Both the position numbers and the translations under genes were made by a program. This document shows, in pieces, positions 63,585-64,000 of a stretch of 64,000 bases of DNA (the first letter of the stretch is position 1; each line of letters begins with the position of its first letter). Source of the stretch: Klebsormidium nitens. Its lineage: Eukaryota > Plantae > Klebsormidiophyceae. The notes beneath the pieces were generated by a model, which saw nothing but the letters and a program-made list of their open reading frames with translations, was not told the DNA's origin and made no database searches. Where the stretch lies: NCBI GenBank assembly GCA_000708835.1, contig DF237377.1, positions 15,190 to 79,189 on the forward strand, given 5' to 3'.

Positions 63585-64000
63585 GCGGCCTGGCGAGCGG
63601 CTTGCGTGCGGCTGCTGTTCATTGTTCCCCATGACCGTCCACGATCCAGGCTCTCCAATCACAAAGCAAAGTGAGCAAGTTTGAAAGGGTCCAATCTCTC
63701 CAAAAGAAAGCACGCGTACGTATAGCGCTCTCGACTCCCTCCGAGTGAGCGGATCATCGAAGAAAGTACAGGATTACCATGCAGGCAATGCGTTGGCAGC
63801 GACAGGATTAAGCAGCGCTGCCAATAGCCTTCAATATCGCAAACTGGCCCAGGACTGCCAAATGGACTCTTCAAATCGGAAAAAGCGGGTCTCGCCGCTC
63901 CTATTTAGGATAGGGTGCCGCTCTTAATAACGCTTACCCATCATGTGCCGGATGGCTGCCGGTTATGGTGCCGCACAGATGCCCGGCATCAATGCATGCC

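Noticed and set aside
1-64000. tRNA, rRNA, snRNA genes or an intact transposase
   Set aside because: No cloverleaf with a T-loop (GTTCGA occurrences lie in exons or lack stems), no rRNA-like sequence, and no DDE or RT ORF seen. tRNAscan-SE or Infernal would be needed to exclude them fully.

Overview
Eukaryotic nuclear DNA from a green-lineage organism, about 50% GC, with many GT-AG introns of roughly 250-1400 bp. It resembles the streptophyte alga Klebsormidium, but this assignment is inference. By joining exons by hand I reconstructed ten spliced genes: the 3' part of an unidentified multi-pass membrane protein (+), a DUF1802 protein (-), RWDD1/GIR2 (+), a small conserved coiled-coil protein (-), a KIAA1143/DUF4604-like protein with an inserted HOP-type TPR domain (+), an RBM24/38-type RRM protein (+), mitochondrial ribosomal protein bS21 (-), a DUF1749/UPF0613 alpha/beta hydrolase (+), an RWD + PARP-like ADP-ribosyltransferase with an apparent 1-nt insertion in the catalytic His codon (+), and the thylakoid lumen protein PPD3 (-). 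There is a 128-bp N gap and a ~13 kb stretch (42.2-55.2 kb) where I found no recognisable gene. The most striking non-genic pattern is repeated 'splice-junction echoes': degenerate tandem copies of a splice site plus the adjacent piece of exon, lying in the flanking intron, seen in five genes. Introns also contain degenerate telomere-like repeats. I saw no CRISPR array, rRNA, tRNA or intact transposase. All domain calls come from motif recognition, not database searches.
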